Source: a virus (taxonomy: Duplodnaviria; Caudoviricetes). Taken from it: DNA of 64,000 nucleotides. The stretch spans positions 758 to 64,757 of the IMG/VR virus record IMGVR_UViG_3300031565_000020, one strand, 5' to 3'. The notes beneath the pieces were generated by a model. It was not told the origin of the DNA and ran no database searches. It saw only the letters and a list, made by a program, of their open reading frames with translations. The translations under genes were made by a program, and so were the position numbers. Below are positions 19,698-29,752 of this stretch, piece after piece; position 1 is the stretch's first letter; each line of letters begins with the position of its first letter.

Positions 19698-20441
19698 ATG
19701 GGAGTCTCGAAAACGAATAAGGATGTGTCACAGCAATCAAGTGTTGATAATTTTTTTCAATATACAGGTATACGCGAATTGAAAAACGATATCACATTAA
19801 CCACACAGGTTCAAAAAGATGATACCATTATTAATGTATCTTCCGGGCATGGTTTTGTTATTGGTGATATATTGACAATTTGGGAAGATACCCGTTTTGA
19901 ACAAACGGAAGTGATCCTTGTTACTGTTGATGCAATAACAATAACTATACCAAGTGCAAGTGTTTTTAGTGTTGCAGGCGCGCGCGTGGTACGTGGAAAT
20001 AGTAATCTTAATGTAGATGGGAGTGTAACGCCTGTTTCAGTGCTGTTTAAAACGTACAACTCTTTTGTGCCAATCGATATATCAAAAACTGTAATTCTTA
20101 TGTCACACAGTGCAGCAGCAGATGATTCGAAATTTGGCGGGATCACTGCACTAATCAACGGTATATATTTTAGGAAAGAAGATGGTGTTCGCACAAACTT
20201 TGGTAACTACCGGAAAAATATAGATTTTAAAGGGTTCGGTGCAACAGTGGCGTACACAGACAAAGCCGGCGGCGGTATATATGCAACAGAAATTACATTT
20301 GATTTTGTGACAATTTTCGGGCGTGAACTGCGCTTAAACACAAGACTTGAAGAATTTATTTGCGGGGTGATACGCGACGACCTAAGCGGATTATCTGGAC
20401 TCAAAGTTGTATTAACAGGCTCTTTCACGGAGGGTGAATAG
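19698..20441 (+). CDS. putative virion accessory protein
   Basis: 247 aa beta-rich; NVDGS.TP and FGGI.AL.NG motifs. Confidence 0.6.
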   Translation: MGVSKTNKDVSQQSSVDNFFQYTGIRELKNDITLTTQVQKDDTIINVSSGHGFVIGDILTIWEDTRFEQTEVILVTVDAITITIPSASVFSVAGARVVRGNSNLNVDGSVTPVSVLFKTYNSFVPIDISKTVILMSHSAAADDSKFGGITALINGIYFRKEDGVRTNFGNYRKNIDFKGFGATVAYTDKAGGGIYATEITFDFVTIFGRELRLNTRLEEFICGVIRDDLSGLSGLKVVLTGSFTEGE

Positions 20442-21293
20442 ATGGGATTGGATACATATTACAAAGATATTACAAGTGATGATTACATTGTAGAAATTAA
20501 TAAAGGTAATGTTGCCGGTCATTATCATATACGAAAGTTTTTTGAAAATCCTGATTTTGGTACAACCACGGAAGACATGTGGAATTATCCCGGATCGGGA
20601 GCCGGTGTATACACATACACTGCCTATGCTGGTGCTGATTACTACATTGCGAGTAGCAATGATAGTGATACACAAGAAATTATTATAGGTCTTTTTGATA
20701 CTGATTTCAATCTGCACGGACACACTTTGACACTTACAGGGCGGACACCCGTAAAAATAGTTAGTGGTACAACGTTATGGACGAGAGCTTTTCGGATTGT
20801 GAATAATTCAAATACACCTTTTCTCGGCAACATCGCATTAACGGAAGGAAATGCGTTTACGCTGGGTGTACCGAATGTAACTACCTCAGTAAGAGCGTAT
20901 GTCAAATTAGGCCCCCTTGAAAATCAAACACTAATGTGTCATATGTCGACACCCGCTAATTATTACGCGTATCTAACAAATATAAAAATTGATACACTAC
21001 GAAAAGTAGCCGCACAAATTAACGTACGTCTTTATATACGAAAATACGGAAAAGTATTTACAACACAGGATAGCACCGGATATGTTACATCTGGTACGTC
21101 TGCAACACAATACTCAATTAACACCACTGGACTTATTGCGCCGAAGAGCGACATAAAAATTGATGCTATCAGTGATGCCGCAAGTATGGCGGTAACAGGT
21201 AGCTACGATGTTACTTTCATTCGTTCCGATTTGGTTAATCGTTATAATATTTTTGATGGTAGTGATCCTAATTTTATACAGGGCTCTCAATAA
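20442..21293 (+). CDS. putative virion accessory protein
   Basis: 283 aa Thr-rich, predicted beta-rich, coupled within late operon. Confidence 0.6.
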   Translation: MGLDTYYKDITSDDYIVEINKGNVAGHYHIRKFFENPDFGTTTEDMWNYPGSGAGVYTYTAYAGADYYIASSNDSDTQEIIIGLFDTDFNLHGHTLTLTGRTPVKIVSGTTLWTRAFRIVNNSNTPFLGNIALTEGNAFTLGVPNVTTSVRAYVKLGPLENQTLMCHMSTPANYYAYLTNIKIDTLRKVAAQINVRLYIRKYGKVFTTQDSTGYVTSGTSATQYSINTTGLIAPKSDIKIDAISDAASMAVTGSYDVTFIRSDLVNRYNIFDGSDPNFIQGSQ

Positions 21294-21763
21294 TGACTAC
21301 TACTAATTACAGACTCATAATTAAGGATCGAGGTTGGAACGAAATAAAAAAAGAACATAAACGGCTTGACGGTGTCAAAATCGAGGTTGGCCTATTTAAT
21401 GATGGTGGTGGGGACACGCCAGAAGATAATATTGCTATGCGCGGCGCTGTACACGAGTACGGCACAACAAACATACCCCAAAGACCCTTTATGCGAAAAG
21501 CAATGTTGGGTAAAAATAAAAAAGAATTACAACACTTTATAAGTGTTATCTATACACAATATGTTAAAAAAAAGCAAACACTATCTTTATTTTTAAAAAA
21601 AATAGGTGTGTTTCATGAATCACAGATAAAAAACAGTATAAAAAACGGAAGGTACAAGAAACTAAGTCCCATTACTATTAGACGCAAGCTTAGTAGTAAA
21701 CCACTCATAGATACAGGTGAAATGCTAAACAGTGTTGAATACAGAATAAAGATGAGGTTATAG
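21293..21763 (+). CDS. neck/virion morphogenesis protein
   Basis: HEYGT..IP.RPFMR and L.P.TI.RK.SSKPLIDTG. Confidence 0.8.
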   Translation: MTTTNYRLIIKDRGWNEIKKEHKRLDGVKIEVGLFNDGGGDTPEDNIAMRGAVHEYGTTNIPQRPFMRKAMLGKNKKELQHFISVIYTQYVKKKQTLSLFLKKIGVFHESQIKNSIKNGRYKKLSPITIRRKLSSKPLIDTGEMLNSVEYRIKMRL

Positions 21764-21764
21764 C

Positions 21765-22115
21765 ATGTCAATATTTTTTCCGCAAACATGGTCAAAAACA
21801 CAATATACGGCTGGAAGTTATGTCAATGGAAAATGGGTAGAAGGCACGCCGACTGTATCGGCTCTTATAGCAGACATACAGCCGATATCAGGCAAAGAAC
21901 TAGATACATTAACTATTGGTGATAGAAATATTGGAAAGATAAAAGTATACACCAGTGAGGCACTTATAATAATGAATGAGGGTACATACCAATCAGGGGA
22001 CCGGGTAACATGGAACGGTGAAATATATGAACTTATTGGAAAACAAGAAAGAAATGGTGGCTTAATTATGCATACTAAATATATTGGAGAATTGAGAAAA
22101 AATGACAATCGATGA
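21765..22115 (+). CDS. head closure protein
   Basis: G.YVNG.WV.G, IQP, D.V.W.G..YE; position in neck module. Confidence 0.7.
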   Translation: MSIFFPQTWSKTQYTAGSYVNGKWVEGTPTVSALIADIQPISGKELDTLTIGDRNIGKIKVYTSEALIIMNEGTYQSGDRVTWNGEIYELIGKQERNGGLIMHTKYIGELRKNDNR

Positions 22116-22623
22116 AATGTACACATTTATACGGTCATGGATCAATCAAATTCTTAACACCCAATACAGTCTAAGTATACCTGTTATTTTTTCAAATGAA
22201 AATGCAGCACGGCCACCATTGCCATATTTTGTTATACACCGTCCGCCAATTTCAAATATACAATTGCCAGGTGAGAATTATTGTCCGTGGCAATTCACAA
22301 ACGAACAAACAGACACCGGTAATGTAGAATATAGCACCAACTATCAAGCTTCTATTTCACTAGAAGAAGTGGGGGGTGATGACGGGCAAACATTACAATA
22401 CTTAACTTTGTCACGAAAACAAGATGATATATTGCAATTATGGAAAAACAACAAAATAACACTACTCAGTCAGACGGCTATTGCAGATATATCCGATATT
22501 ACTGAGAATGTAATTGAAAAACGTGCGGTAATGGACATTACTGTAATTTATAATGTACAAACTAGCTACGATCCGGGGTATATCGGTACTGTCGAATTTT
22601 CCGGAACTATTTCACTAAACTAA
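22102..22623 (+). CDS. tail terminator/completion protein
   Basis: 173 aa immediately before sheath; N..RP..PY motif. Confidence 0.65.
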   Translation: MTIDEMYTFIRSWINQILNTQYSLSIPVIFSNENAARPPLPYFVIHRPPISNIQLPGENYCPWQFTNEQTDTGNVEYSTNYQASISLEEVGGDDGQTLQYLTLSRKQDDILQLWKNNKITLLSQTAIADISDITENVIEKRAVMDITVIYNVQTSYDPGYIGTVEFSGTISLN

Positions 22624-22643
22624 AATAAAAGGAGCGAATTCAA

Positions 22644-23708
22644 ATGGCAACAGACGCACCATTAAAGAATTTAATTCAAATTACAATCACACGCGAAACA
22701 CAAACAATCAAAGTTGCGAGTTTCAACACTATACTACTTGTTGATGAAGTTGACGACGCAAGCCCCCCATTTGTAGGCCGTACAAAAAGCTACGCATCAA
22801 TACTGGAACTTGCAGGAGACGGTTACACAGCAGGTGACTATGTATACGATTCGGCTGCAAACATTTTTGCACAAAATCCAAGTGTTTCAAGTATCAAAGT
22901 CGGCCTCAAATACATTACTACTACACCGGATGCAAGTTGGACGGCTGCAATGAACGCGATACAAACTGCAGATCCCGATTGGTACGGCTTTACAATTATT
23001 TCAGAAGTTCTCGCAGATCAATCAGAAGTTGCGGATTGGGCGGAAGCTGCTGCACCAAAAGTACTCTTTGCTATTCGTTCTAATTCCGCCGATATAATTG
23101 ACCCTGTAAGCACTACTGACATTGCATATTATATACAAAATAGTTCATATGAAAGAAGCTTTGTATATTATCATTCGGGCACAAACGCAGAATACATTGA
23201 CGCGGCCGCACTGGGGGAACGCTTTCCACGCAATCCGGGAACAGGCACATGGATGTACAAGACCCTTGCAAGTGTTTCTATCTATGCGCTAACCAGTGCA
23301 GAAAGAACAGCAGCACTTGATAAAAATTGTAACATATATATTAGCTATGCAGGTGTTGGAACCACAGAGGCCGGAACGGTTGGTGTGGGTGAATACATAG
23401 ACATTATGCGGGGTACGGACTGGTTGGAATCGACTATACAGGCCGACTTGTTTACTGTCTTGAAAAATATTGAAAAAGTACCGTATACCGATCCCGGTGT
23501 AGATTCCATGGTGAGCATCATCAAGGGATCACTACAAAAAGGCGTGAACAGAAATTTCATTAACGCCGGTTTCACAGTTACAGCGCCACTTGTTGCAGAC
23601 GTAAGTGTCAATGACAAAGGCAATAGAATACTACCAGACATAACATTTACAGCCACGTATTCAGGTGCTATACACACAATTCAAATAACTGGAACAATCA
23701 GTTTATAA
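22644..23708 (+). CDS. tail sheath protein (DUF3383-like)
   Basis: FAQNP, DWYG, PG..TW.YKTL, GEYID..RG.DWL, KVPYTD.G, GAIH. Confidence 0.9.
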   Translation: MATDAPLKNLIQITITRETQTIKVASFNTILLVDEVDDASPPFVGRTKSYASILELAGDGYTAGDYVYDSAANIFAQNPSVSSIKVGLKYITTTPDASWTAAMNAIQTADPDWYGFTIISEVLADQSEVADWAEAAAPKVLFAIRSNSADIIDPVSTTDIAYYIQNSSYERSFVYYHSGTNAEYIDAAALGERFPRNPGTGTWMYKTLASVSIYALTSAERTAALDKNCNIYISYAGVGTTEAGTVGVGEYIDIMRGTDWLESTIQADLFTVLKNIEKVPYTDPGVDSMVSIIKGSLQKGVNRNFINAGFTVTAPLVADVSVNDKGNRILPDITFTATYSGAIHTIQITGTISL

Positions 23709-23720
23709 AGGAGGTAGATC

Positions 23721-24155
23721 ATGGCATTAGATACGAAACTTAGAACATATGATCCTAAACTAGTTGCGTTGAGTTTTAAAGGCGCAATAGTTACCGGATA
23801 TACTGACGGTGACTTTATTGCCGTCACCAATGATGACGGCTTCGAATCCCGCACAGGTGCGGACGGATCAGAAGACCGTGTAAACAAAAATATAACAGGT
23901 GTTAATGTAGATGTAACGTTGATGGGCTCATCAATTACAAACGATGTCTTAAATGATTTTTATGAGATCGACAAAGCCACAAATGTAGGGTATGGCGCGT
24001 TTAGTATTAAAGATCTTAACGGTACAATGCTGTTAACATCTGGTGAAGCGTACATTACAAAAAAGGCTGACAAATCATTAGGTAACGGTGTGGGATCTGT
24101 AACATGGACTTTCAGGTGTCCACAGGCGATTTACAACCCTGGCAGTAACCTGTAA
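23721..24155 (+). CDS. tail tube protein (DUF3277-like)
   Basis: TYDPK, GADG, S.TN..L, IKDLNG, W.F. Confidence 0.85.
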   Translation: MALDTKLRTYDPKLVALSFKGAIVTGYTDGDFIAVTNDDGFESRTGADGSEDRVNKNITGVNVDVTLMGSSITNDVLNDFYEIDKATNVGYGAFSIKDLNGTMLLTSGEAYITKKADKSLGNGVGSVTWTFRCPQAIYNPGSNL

Positions 24156-24177
24156 TTACGTAAATAGGAGTTTTTGA

Positions 24178-24636
24178 ATGAAAATAGAAACGGTTAAAAG
24201 GATCATTGATGGTATTGAATTTAATGTTCAGCAATTCAAATGGTCAAAATCTATTGAGCTTGAAATAGAAGTTATCGAGGTTCTTAGTCCTGCGCTTGAT
24301 GTACTGAAAAACTTTAAGAACATGGATGATGAGATTGAATTCAATGAATTGGGAATGGCTATACAAAAAGCTATCACAACATTGCGCGGTAAGGGTGCCT
24401 TTGAATTCATATCAAAATTAGTGTGTCAAACGTTTGCAACCATTAATGGAAAAGAGACATTACTTGATAACGAAAACATAATTAATGAGGTTTTTCACGG
24501 CCAAACAATGACAGCAATCAAACTTGTTATAGAGGTCATGAAAATAAATAAATTTGCTTTTATCGCGGGGTTGGCTGGACGGGATGCGATAACCGGTATC
24601 TTTACGCCGGACGGCAAAAACAAAAACAAAAAATGA
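24178..24636 (+). CDS. tail assembly chaperone
   Basis: Between tube and tape measure genes. Confidence 0.7.
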   Translation: MKIETVKRIIDGIEFNVQQFKWSKSIELEIEVIEVLSPALDVLKNFKNMDDEIEFNELGMAIQKAITTLRGKGAFEFISKLVCQTFATINGKETLLDNENIINEVFHGQTMTAIKLVIEVMKINKFAFIAGLAGRDAITGIFTPDGKNKNKK

Positions 24637-24866
24637 AAATGATAGGGAAAGTGGGTGAATTATCTAGTACATTGGAAGCGCAGCATATGTACTTTCATGT
24701 ACTTGATACATATCCACAACTGATGCTTGTTGAAGATCAATTGTCTTTTCCTGAGTTACAAAAATATTATGCTGTTTGCTGCATGAAAGAGGCTTATAAC
24801 ATGACTATGTATGAATATAATAACGAGCAGGCAGAAAAAGAAGCGGAAAGAGCAAGGCGTAAATAA
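24633..24866 (+). CDS. second tail chaperone ORF
   Basis: -1 frame overlap with upstream chaperone; stop abuts tape measure ATG. Confidence 0.6.
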   Translation: MKMIGKVGELSSTLEAQHMYFHVLDTYPQLMLVEDQLSFPELQKYYAVCCMKEAYNMTMYEYNNEQAEKEAERARRK

Positions 24867-26867
24867 ATGATAGTAAGAAAATTACTTAATTTGATAGGTT
24901 TTGATGTTGATAAAAATTCAATGAACAAAGCCGAAAAAGATGTAAAAGCTTTGCAATTCAGACTGCTAAAAGTAGGTAAGATTGTCGGCGCTTCGATTTT
25001 TGCAATTGGTATTGCTGCTGTGAAAACTGCTGCGGATATGGAAATGCTAGAAGTACAGTTTGAAGTCATGTTAGGTAGTGCAGAAGCCGCCGCCGCACTA
25101 ATGGAAAAATTAAAAACTTTTGCGGCTGCAACGCCTTTCGCGTTGCAGGATCTTGCACAAGGCACACAAACACTACTTGCAGCAGGTATAGAAGCCGAAA
25201 ATGTCGTAGGTGTAATGCGAATGTTAGGCGATGCTGCGCAGGGTAACAATGAAAAACTACAAAGTATGGCTCTAGTTTATGGGCGTATACAACAAAAAGG
25301 AAAGGCCTCACTAGAAGAAATTAACATGCTTGTTGAAAGACAAGTACCGATTATAAAAACATTAACTAATCAATTAGGATTGGACACTCCCGAAGCATTA
25401 TTCAAACTTATCAGTGCAGGTAAGGTCACGTCAAAAGACATGACTACCGCTTTTCAAACAATGACCAGTGAGGGCGGTGTTTTTTTCAAAGGAATGGAAA
25501 AACAAGGACAAACTTTTTTAGGTCTGCTGTCTACAATGAAAGATAATATTACTTTCGTGTTGGCAGACATTGGAAAAAAGTTACTGCCGACAATGAAGAT
25601 ACTGACTAAACGCGTAACAACATTATTTCAAGGCGTGTTAGGGGAATTGGCAATGCAATTAACCTCAATACTTAATCCAGTTCTTATAAGCGCTATTGAT
25701 ATATTTGAAGGGTTACTCAATGTATTACTACCTATAACAAAAGTACTTATAGATGTACTTGTGCCTGTGTTGGACTTGTTATTCAAAACATTACTTGACA
25801 TCCTAAAACCAGCTTTACAACTCATTAACGCAATTCTTGCACCAATACTCAATATTATATCAGCTATTACACCTATATTCTTAGAATTTGCTACACTTCT
25901 ATTAGAAACATTTACAAGTGAAATATTAAAAATACTAACAGACATGACAGATATATTCACGGAATTAGGGGTAATAGTCGAATCATTATTGCCAGCATTT
26001 ATACCTTTATTACAAATGGCTTTAAAATTTTTTGGGATATGGTTAAAAATACGGCTACTGATGCATACAGTATTGATTAGAATCATGCTAAAAGCAATTA
26101 AATTGATACTCGGTTTATTGTCACCACTCATACAAAAAATTGCAGGAGAATTACCAGCAGCAGTATTGGTGTTGGCAAAAGCATTTAAATTCCTTGAAAT
26201 TCTTGCTGGTAAAACGTTTGCTGCCATAAAAGAAGGATTAAGTGAGGCTTTTGCATCCGGGAGCGTAAAAGCAAAAGAGATTTTTCAGAATGCTTTTCAA
26301 GGCGCGAAAGAGTTTTTTTCAAATGTAATTGATGTCATTAACGTTGTCATTACTGCTATTGTAGATAGATTAATGATCATAAAGCAGACCATTAGAGATT
26401 TTTTGGTTGGAATATTTGGAGAAGCGTTCATCAAAAAAGTAAGTGATGCTTTCCGGTCTATTACTGACTTTCTGGCAAATGTAGTTGAAAGTATATTTAC
26501 CACAATATTCAAACAAATTAACAACGTGCTTGTAGCCATTAATAAGGCCATTAAATTTATTAACGATTTGCCGTTTGTCAAAGAATCTTTCAAAGAACTT
26601 GAATTATTGGAAGCGTCCGGAATATTTGACAAACTAAAAGGTGATGATGAGAAAACAAATCAAATACTTGCCGAATTATCGGGATTGACTACACCAGGTG
26701 CAGGCGACACAAAAATTACAAACCTTAATCTTAACAATGATATTAATATTACAAACCATAATAAGAATACTACTACAAACAAGATAAGTCAAAAATCACT
26801 TGCCGATACAACAAAAAACATATTTAGTATTGAGCTAAAACGTTTGTTAGTGGATGCGGGGGCGTAA
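24867..26867 (+). CDS. tape measure protein
   Basis: FAA.TPF, LGDAA.G...L...YG....GK...EE.N tape-measure domain then amphipathic repeats. Confidence 0.9.
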   Translation: MIVRKLLNLIGFDVDKNSMNKAEKDVKALQFRLLKVGKIVGASIFAIGIAAVKTAADMEMLEVQFEVMLGSAEAAAALMEKLKTFAAATPFALQDLAQGTQTLLAAGIEAENVVGVMRMLGDAAQGNNEKLQSMALVYGRIQQKGKASLEEINMLVERQVPIIKTLTNQLGLDTPEALFKLISAGKVTSKDMTTAFQTMTSEGGVFFKGMEKQGQTFLGLLSTMKDNITFVLADIGKKLLPTMKILTKRVTTLFQGVLGELAMQLTSILNPVLISAIDIFEGLLNVLLPITKVLIDVLVPVLDLLFKTLLDILKPALQLINAILAPILNIISAITPIFLEFATLLLETFTSEILKILTDMTDIFTELGVIVESLLPAFIPLLQMALKFFGIWLKIRLLMHTVLIRIMLKAIKLILGLLSPLIQKIAGELPAAVLVLAKAFKFLEILAGKTFAAIKEGLSEAFASGSVKAKEIFQNAFQGAKEFFSNVIDVINVVITAIVDRLMIIKQTIRDFLVGIFGEAFIKKVSDAFRSITDFLANVVESIFTTIFKQINNVLVAINKAIKFINDLPFVKESFKELELLEASGIFDKLKGDDEKTNQILAELSGLTTPGAGDTKITNLNLNNDINITNHNKNTTTNKISQKSLADTTKNIFSIELKRLLVDAGA

Positions 26868-27389
26868 ATGGCAATATTAAATAGTACTTTGTTTTTCAAA
26901 TCGAATCGCAGTTATGGCGTAGGCGCAATTGTATTTGATTTGATATTAGAAGAAACACACAGCCTTGTAAATAGTGTAACAGAGTTCAAAATAGAAGACG
27001 GCTCGACTATCACGGATCATATTCAAAACGAAAACCGCACTGGTACGACAAAAGGCTTAATAACCAATTTCAGTTTGACGCGTGGCATACTCACACAAAA
27101 TACCGCACAGACGGCATTTAATCAGATTGTACAGTTGTGGAAAGATCGGGAATTAGTAGACATTGTAACCGTCCTGGACGTGTACCGTAATGTACTAATC
27201 GATAATATAACAATGAAGCGTGATAACGGAGACGGGGAAAGCTTAACTGCCGACTTCGCTTTTACAACTGCAAAAATTGTAAAACTCCAACAATTAACTA
27301 TTGAGGCATCTGTCAATCTGACAGATATGGGAAATGATTTGAATCGTCAAAGTGCGCTCCTGCTTAATGCAGGAAAGACAGCGGGATAA
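26868..27389 (+). CDS. tail tube initiator / Dit-like baseplate protein
   Basis: D....E.H....VT...IE.G..I.DH. Confidence 0.7.
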   Translation: MAILNSTLFFKSNRSYGVGAIVFDLILEETHSLVNSVTEFKIEDGSTITDHIQNENRTGTTKGLITNFSLTRGILTQNTAQTAFNQIVQLWKDRELVDIVTVLDVYRNVLIDNITMKRDNGDGESLTADFAFTTAKIVKLQQLTIEASVNLTDMGNDLNRQSALLLNAGKTAG

Positions 27390-27393
27390 TAAA

Positions 27394-27750
27394 ATGAGTG
27401 TGGCAATACCACTTTTCAAAGAATCGAGTGCTGACTTTCAGCAAAATATAGACCTTAATAATGTCAATTACACCATCCGACTTACGTACAATGTGCGTGT
27501 CGGTTATTGGTTCATGACATTATCAACAGAAAACTATACAATAACGAGTGTAAAATGTACTCTTGAATTTCCGATTCTTTGGCAACATTATGCTCTTATG
27601 CCTGAATTATCCGGGGATTTTTTTATAAATCAAATCGAAGATCTGCAAAACCGACCCGACTTGACATATGATAATTTTGGATCCGTATTCAAATTATTTT
27701 ATTACACGCCGGAAGAAGTACTTGAATGGAGGTCTGCGAATGGCCTTTAA
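27394..27750 (+). CDS. baseplate protein
   Basis: Y.IRL.YN.R..YW motif; position. Confidence 0.65.
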   Translation: MSVAIPLFKESSADFQQNIDLNNVNYTIRLTYNVRVGYWFMTLSTENYTITSVKCTLEFPILWQHYALMPELSGDFFINQIEDLQNRPDLTYDNFGSVFKLFYYTPEEVLEWRSANGL

Positions 27751-28579
27751 GCGCGTAGTAACACTCGAAGTTATTAACAACAATACAACTCTTACTCAAA
27801 TATCAAATCTTGATATAGAATTCGATATTGAGCGGTCTATCACATTGCCAGATAATACAGCCGAGTTTGTTATTCATAATGCAAAAACTGAGACTCGAAA
27901 CAATATATTGAAGGCCGGTAATAATATAATTTTTAAAGCGGGTTATGAGGATGAAAAAAACATAGCTTCTATTTTTTTTGGTACAATCGATACAGCAATA
28001 TCAGTCAAAGACGGAGTTAATTGGATTACAACTATAAGCGCAAAAGACGCGGGAAACAACAAACAACCTCTTACACACCAGACATTAGCATACAGTTACA
28101 TACCAGGTAGCCCTGTAAGCCAATTAATAAGCGATTTAAAAACTTTTTTGAATATACCTGTATTTGGACTTGAAAATATAGCAGGTTTAAAATTAAATAA
28201 TGGGCTTAATTATTCTGGGGCGTTGGGGGGATTGCTTCGACAACTACAGCAAATATTGAATAATTCAGATATTGGCTTATTTTTTGATAGTTCCCAAATG
28301 GTTATTTTTAATAAGGCCGGTAGGGATTCGAAATTTGGAGTTGTGAACTTAACTCAAGATTCAGGACTTATTGGAAACGTTGAAGATGTTACGGATACAA
28401 CGAAAGACAGCAAGAAAAGAATAAAATTTAAATCTCTTATGAATCCAAGATTTCAACCGCTTGGGCTTGTTAACATCACAAGTCAAACAATAACAGGATT
28501 GTTTATAATTGAGAAATTAGTTTTTGCAGGTGATAATTTTGGTGGTGATTTTTCTGTAAGCGGCGAAGGAGTAGAGTAG
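27740..28579 (+). CDS. baseplate hub protein
   Basis: I.F.IE.S, N.A...I.N, AGY, IF.G, SGLIG, GDNFGG; GGAGG RBS before ATG 27740. Confidence 0.75.
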   Translation: MAFKRVVTLEVINNNTTLTQISNLDIEFDIERSITLPDNTAEFVIHNAKTETRNNILKAGNNIIFKAGYEDEKNIASIFFGTIDTAISVKDGVNWITTISAKDAGNNKQPLTHQTLAYSYIPGSPVSQLISDLKTFLNIPVFGLENIAGLKLNNGLNYSGALGGLLRQLQQILNNSDIGLFFDSSQMVIFNKAGRDSKFGVVNLTQDSGLIGNVEDVTDTTKDSKKRIKFKSLMNPRFQPLGLVNITSQTITGLFIIEKLVFAGDNFGGDFSVSGEGVE

Positions 28580-29346
28580 TGCTTGAAAATATAGTTGATG
28601 TAATGGACCAATTTTTGTTTAGTCGTCTGCTTAATGTACACACATGTTTGCCTGGTGAAATTCAAGAATATTATGGCCATAAAGAGCGAAAAGCAAAAGT
28701 CAAACCACTGGTCAAAATGAAGACTATCAAAAATGAAAATGTAGAAATCCAACCCATTGACGGCGTACCTATAATGTTTCCAGGTTCAACAAAAACACAC
28801 AATGAATTATTTCCATTAAAAAAGGGTGATGGTGTGTTACTGTTATTTGCAGAAAATCCAATTGGTAATTATCTATCTGGAAATTCCGAAGTCGATAGCG
28901 ATGATTTAACGCGTTTTGCTCTTACGGATTGTATCGCTATTCCTGGATTATGGAGTTTTTCAAACATACCCCAACCGGTACCGGAAAACGATAATGATTA
29001 TTTTTTTACATTTCAAAATGCAGCAATCACAATAAAAGACAATACTAACGATATTGAAATCAAAAATAATAATACAACAATTACAATGTCAACAGCGGGA
29101 AGTATCACACTTGAAACCACTACCGGAAAAATAGAAGTTGATACAGTTGGTAATATTACAATGAACAATGGTACAGAGCCATTTGTGTTGGGTACTACTT
29201 TTGACACCTGGATTACAGCAGCACTATTAACTGTATTCAACGCACACACACACGCAAGTCCGGCGGGGGGTAATACAGGACCACCAAACGCGCCACTTAC
29301 GCCGCCGATTGCGTATCTAAGCAATAGAATAAAAGGAAGTATATAG
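28579..29346 (+). CDS. baseplate spike (gp138/gpV-like)
   Basis: HT.LPG.I, VPI.FP, FPL..GD...L.F, D.IAIPG, C-terminal HTH(A) metal motif. Confidence 0.82.
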   Translation: MLENIVDVMDQFLFSRLLNVHTCLPGEIQEYYGHKERKAKVKPLVKMKTIKNENVEIQPIDGVPIMFPGSTKTHNELFPLKKGDGVLLLFAENPIGNYLSGNSEVDSDDLTRFALTDCIAIPGLWSFSNIPQPVPENDNDYFFTFQNAAITIKDNTNDIEIKNNNTTITMSTAGSITLETTTGKIEVDTVGNITMNNGTEPFVLGTTFDTWITAALLTVFNAHTHASPAGGNTGPPNAPLTPPIAYLSNRIKGSI

Positions 29347-29347
29347 A

Positions 29348-29749
29348 ATGGCTTATAATTTCTATCAAGATCCTGTTACGAAAGATCTTGTAATTGAAAA
29401 TAATAATTTCAAATTAACAGCGGGCAACACCGAATTCATAAGTCAAAAAATTGAAAATGAATTTCTTTTTTTCCTTGGTGAATATTGGTTAGATGTCTCG
29501 CAAGGTATCCCGTATCGATCAATAGAAAACAAAGACAGAGATAACCCAACAAAAAACATAGTAGGGATAAAAAATCCTGATATTAACTATATCAATAGTG
29601 TGTTTGTTTTGGCACTATCCAGTATAGAAGGTATTGATCAAATCATAGACTTAACCAGCAATTACAACAACATAAATAGAAAATTATTGATTAACTACAC
29701 TGTAAGAATTACAACAGGTGAGATTATAGTTAATCAAGTGGGAGTATAA
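29348..29749 (+). CDS. baseplate wedge protein (gp25-like)
   Basis: Q.I...FLGE.WLD...GIPY. Confidence 0.75.
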   Translation: MAYNFYQDPVTKDLVIENNNFKLTAGNTEFISQKIENEFLFFLGEYWLDVSQGIPYRSIENKDRDNPTKNIVGIKNPDINYINSVFVLALSSIEGIDQIIDLTSNYNNINRKLLINYTVRITTGEIIVNQVGV

Positions 29750-29752
29750 CAA

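Noticed and set aside
25628-26632. Long minus-strand ORFs within the tape measure gene (and similar ones in other structural genes)
   Set aside because: Antisense shadows of well-supported + strand genes
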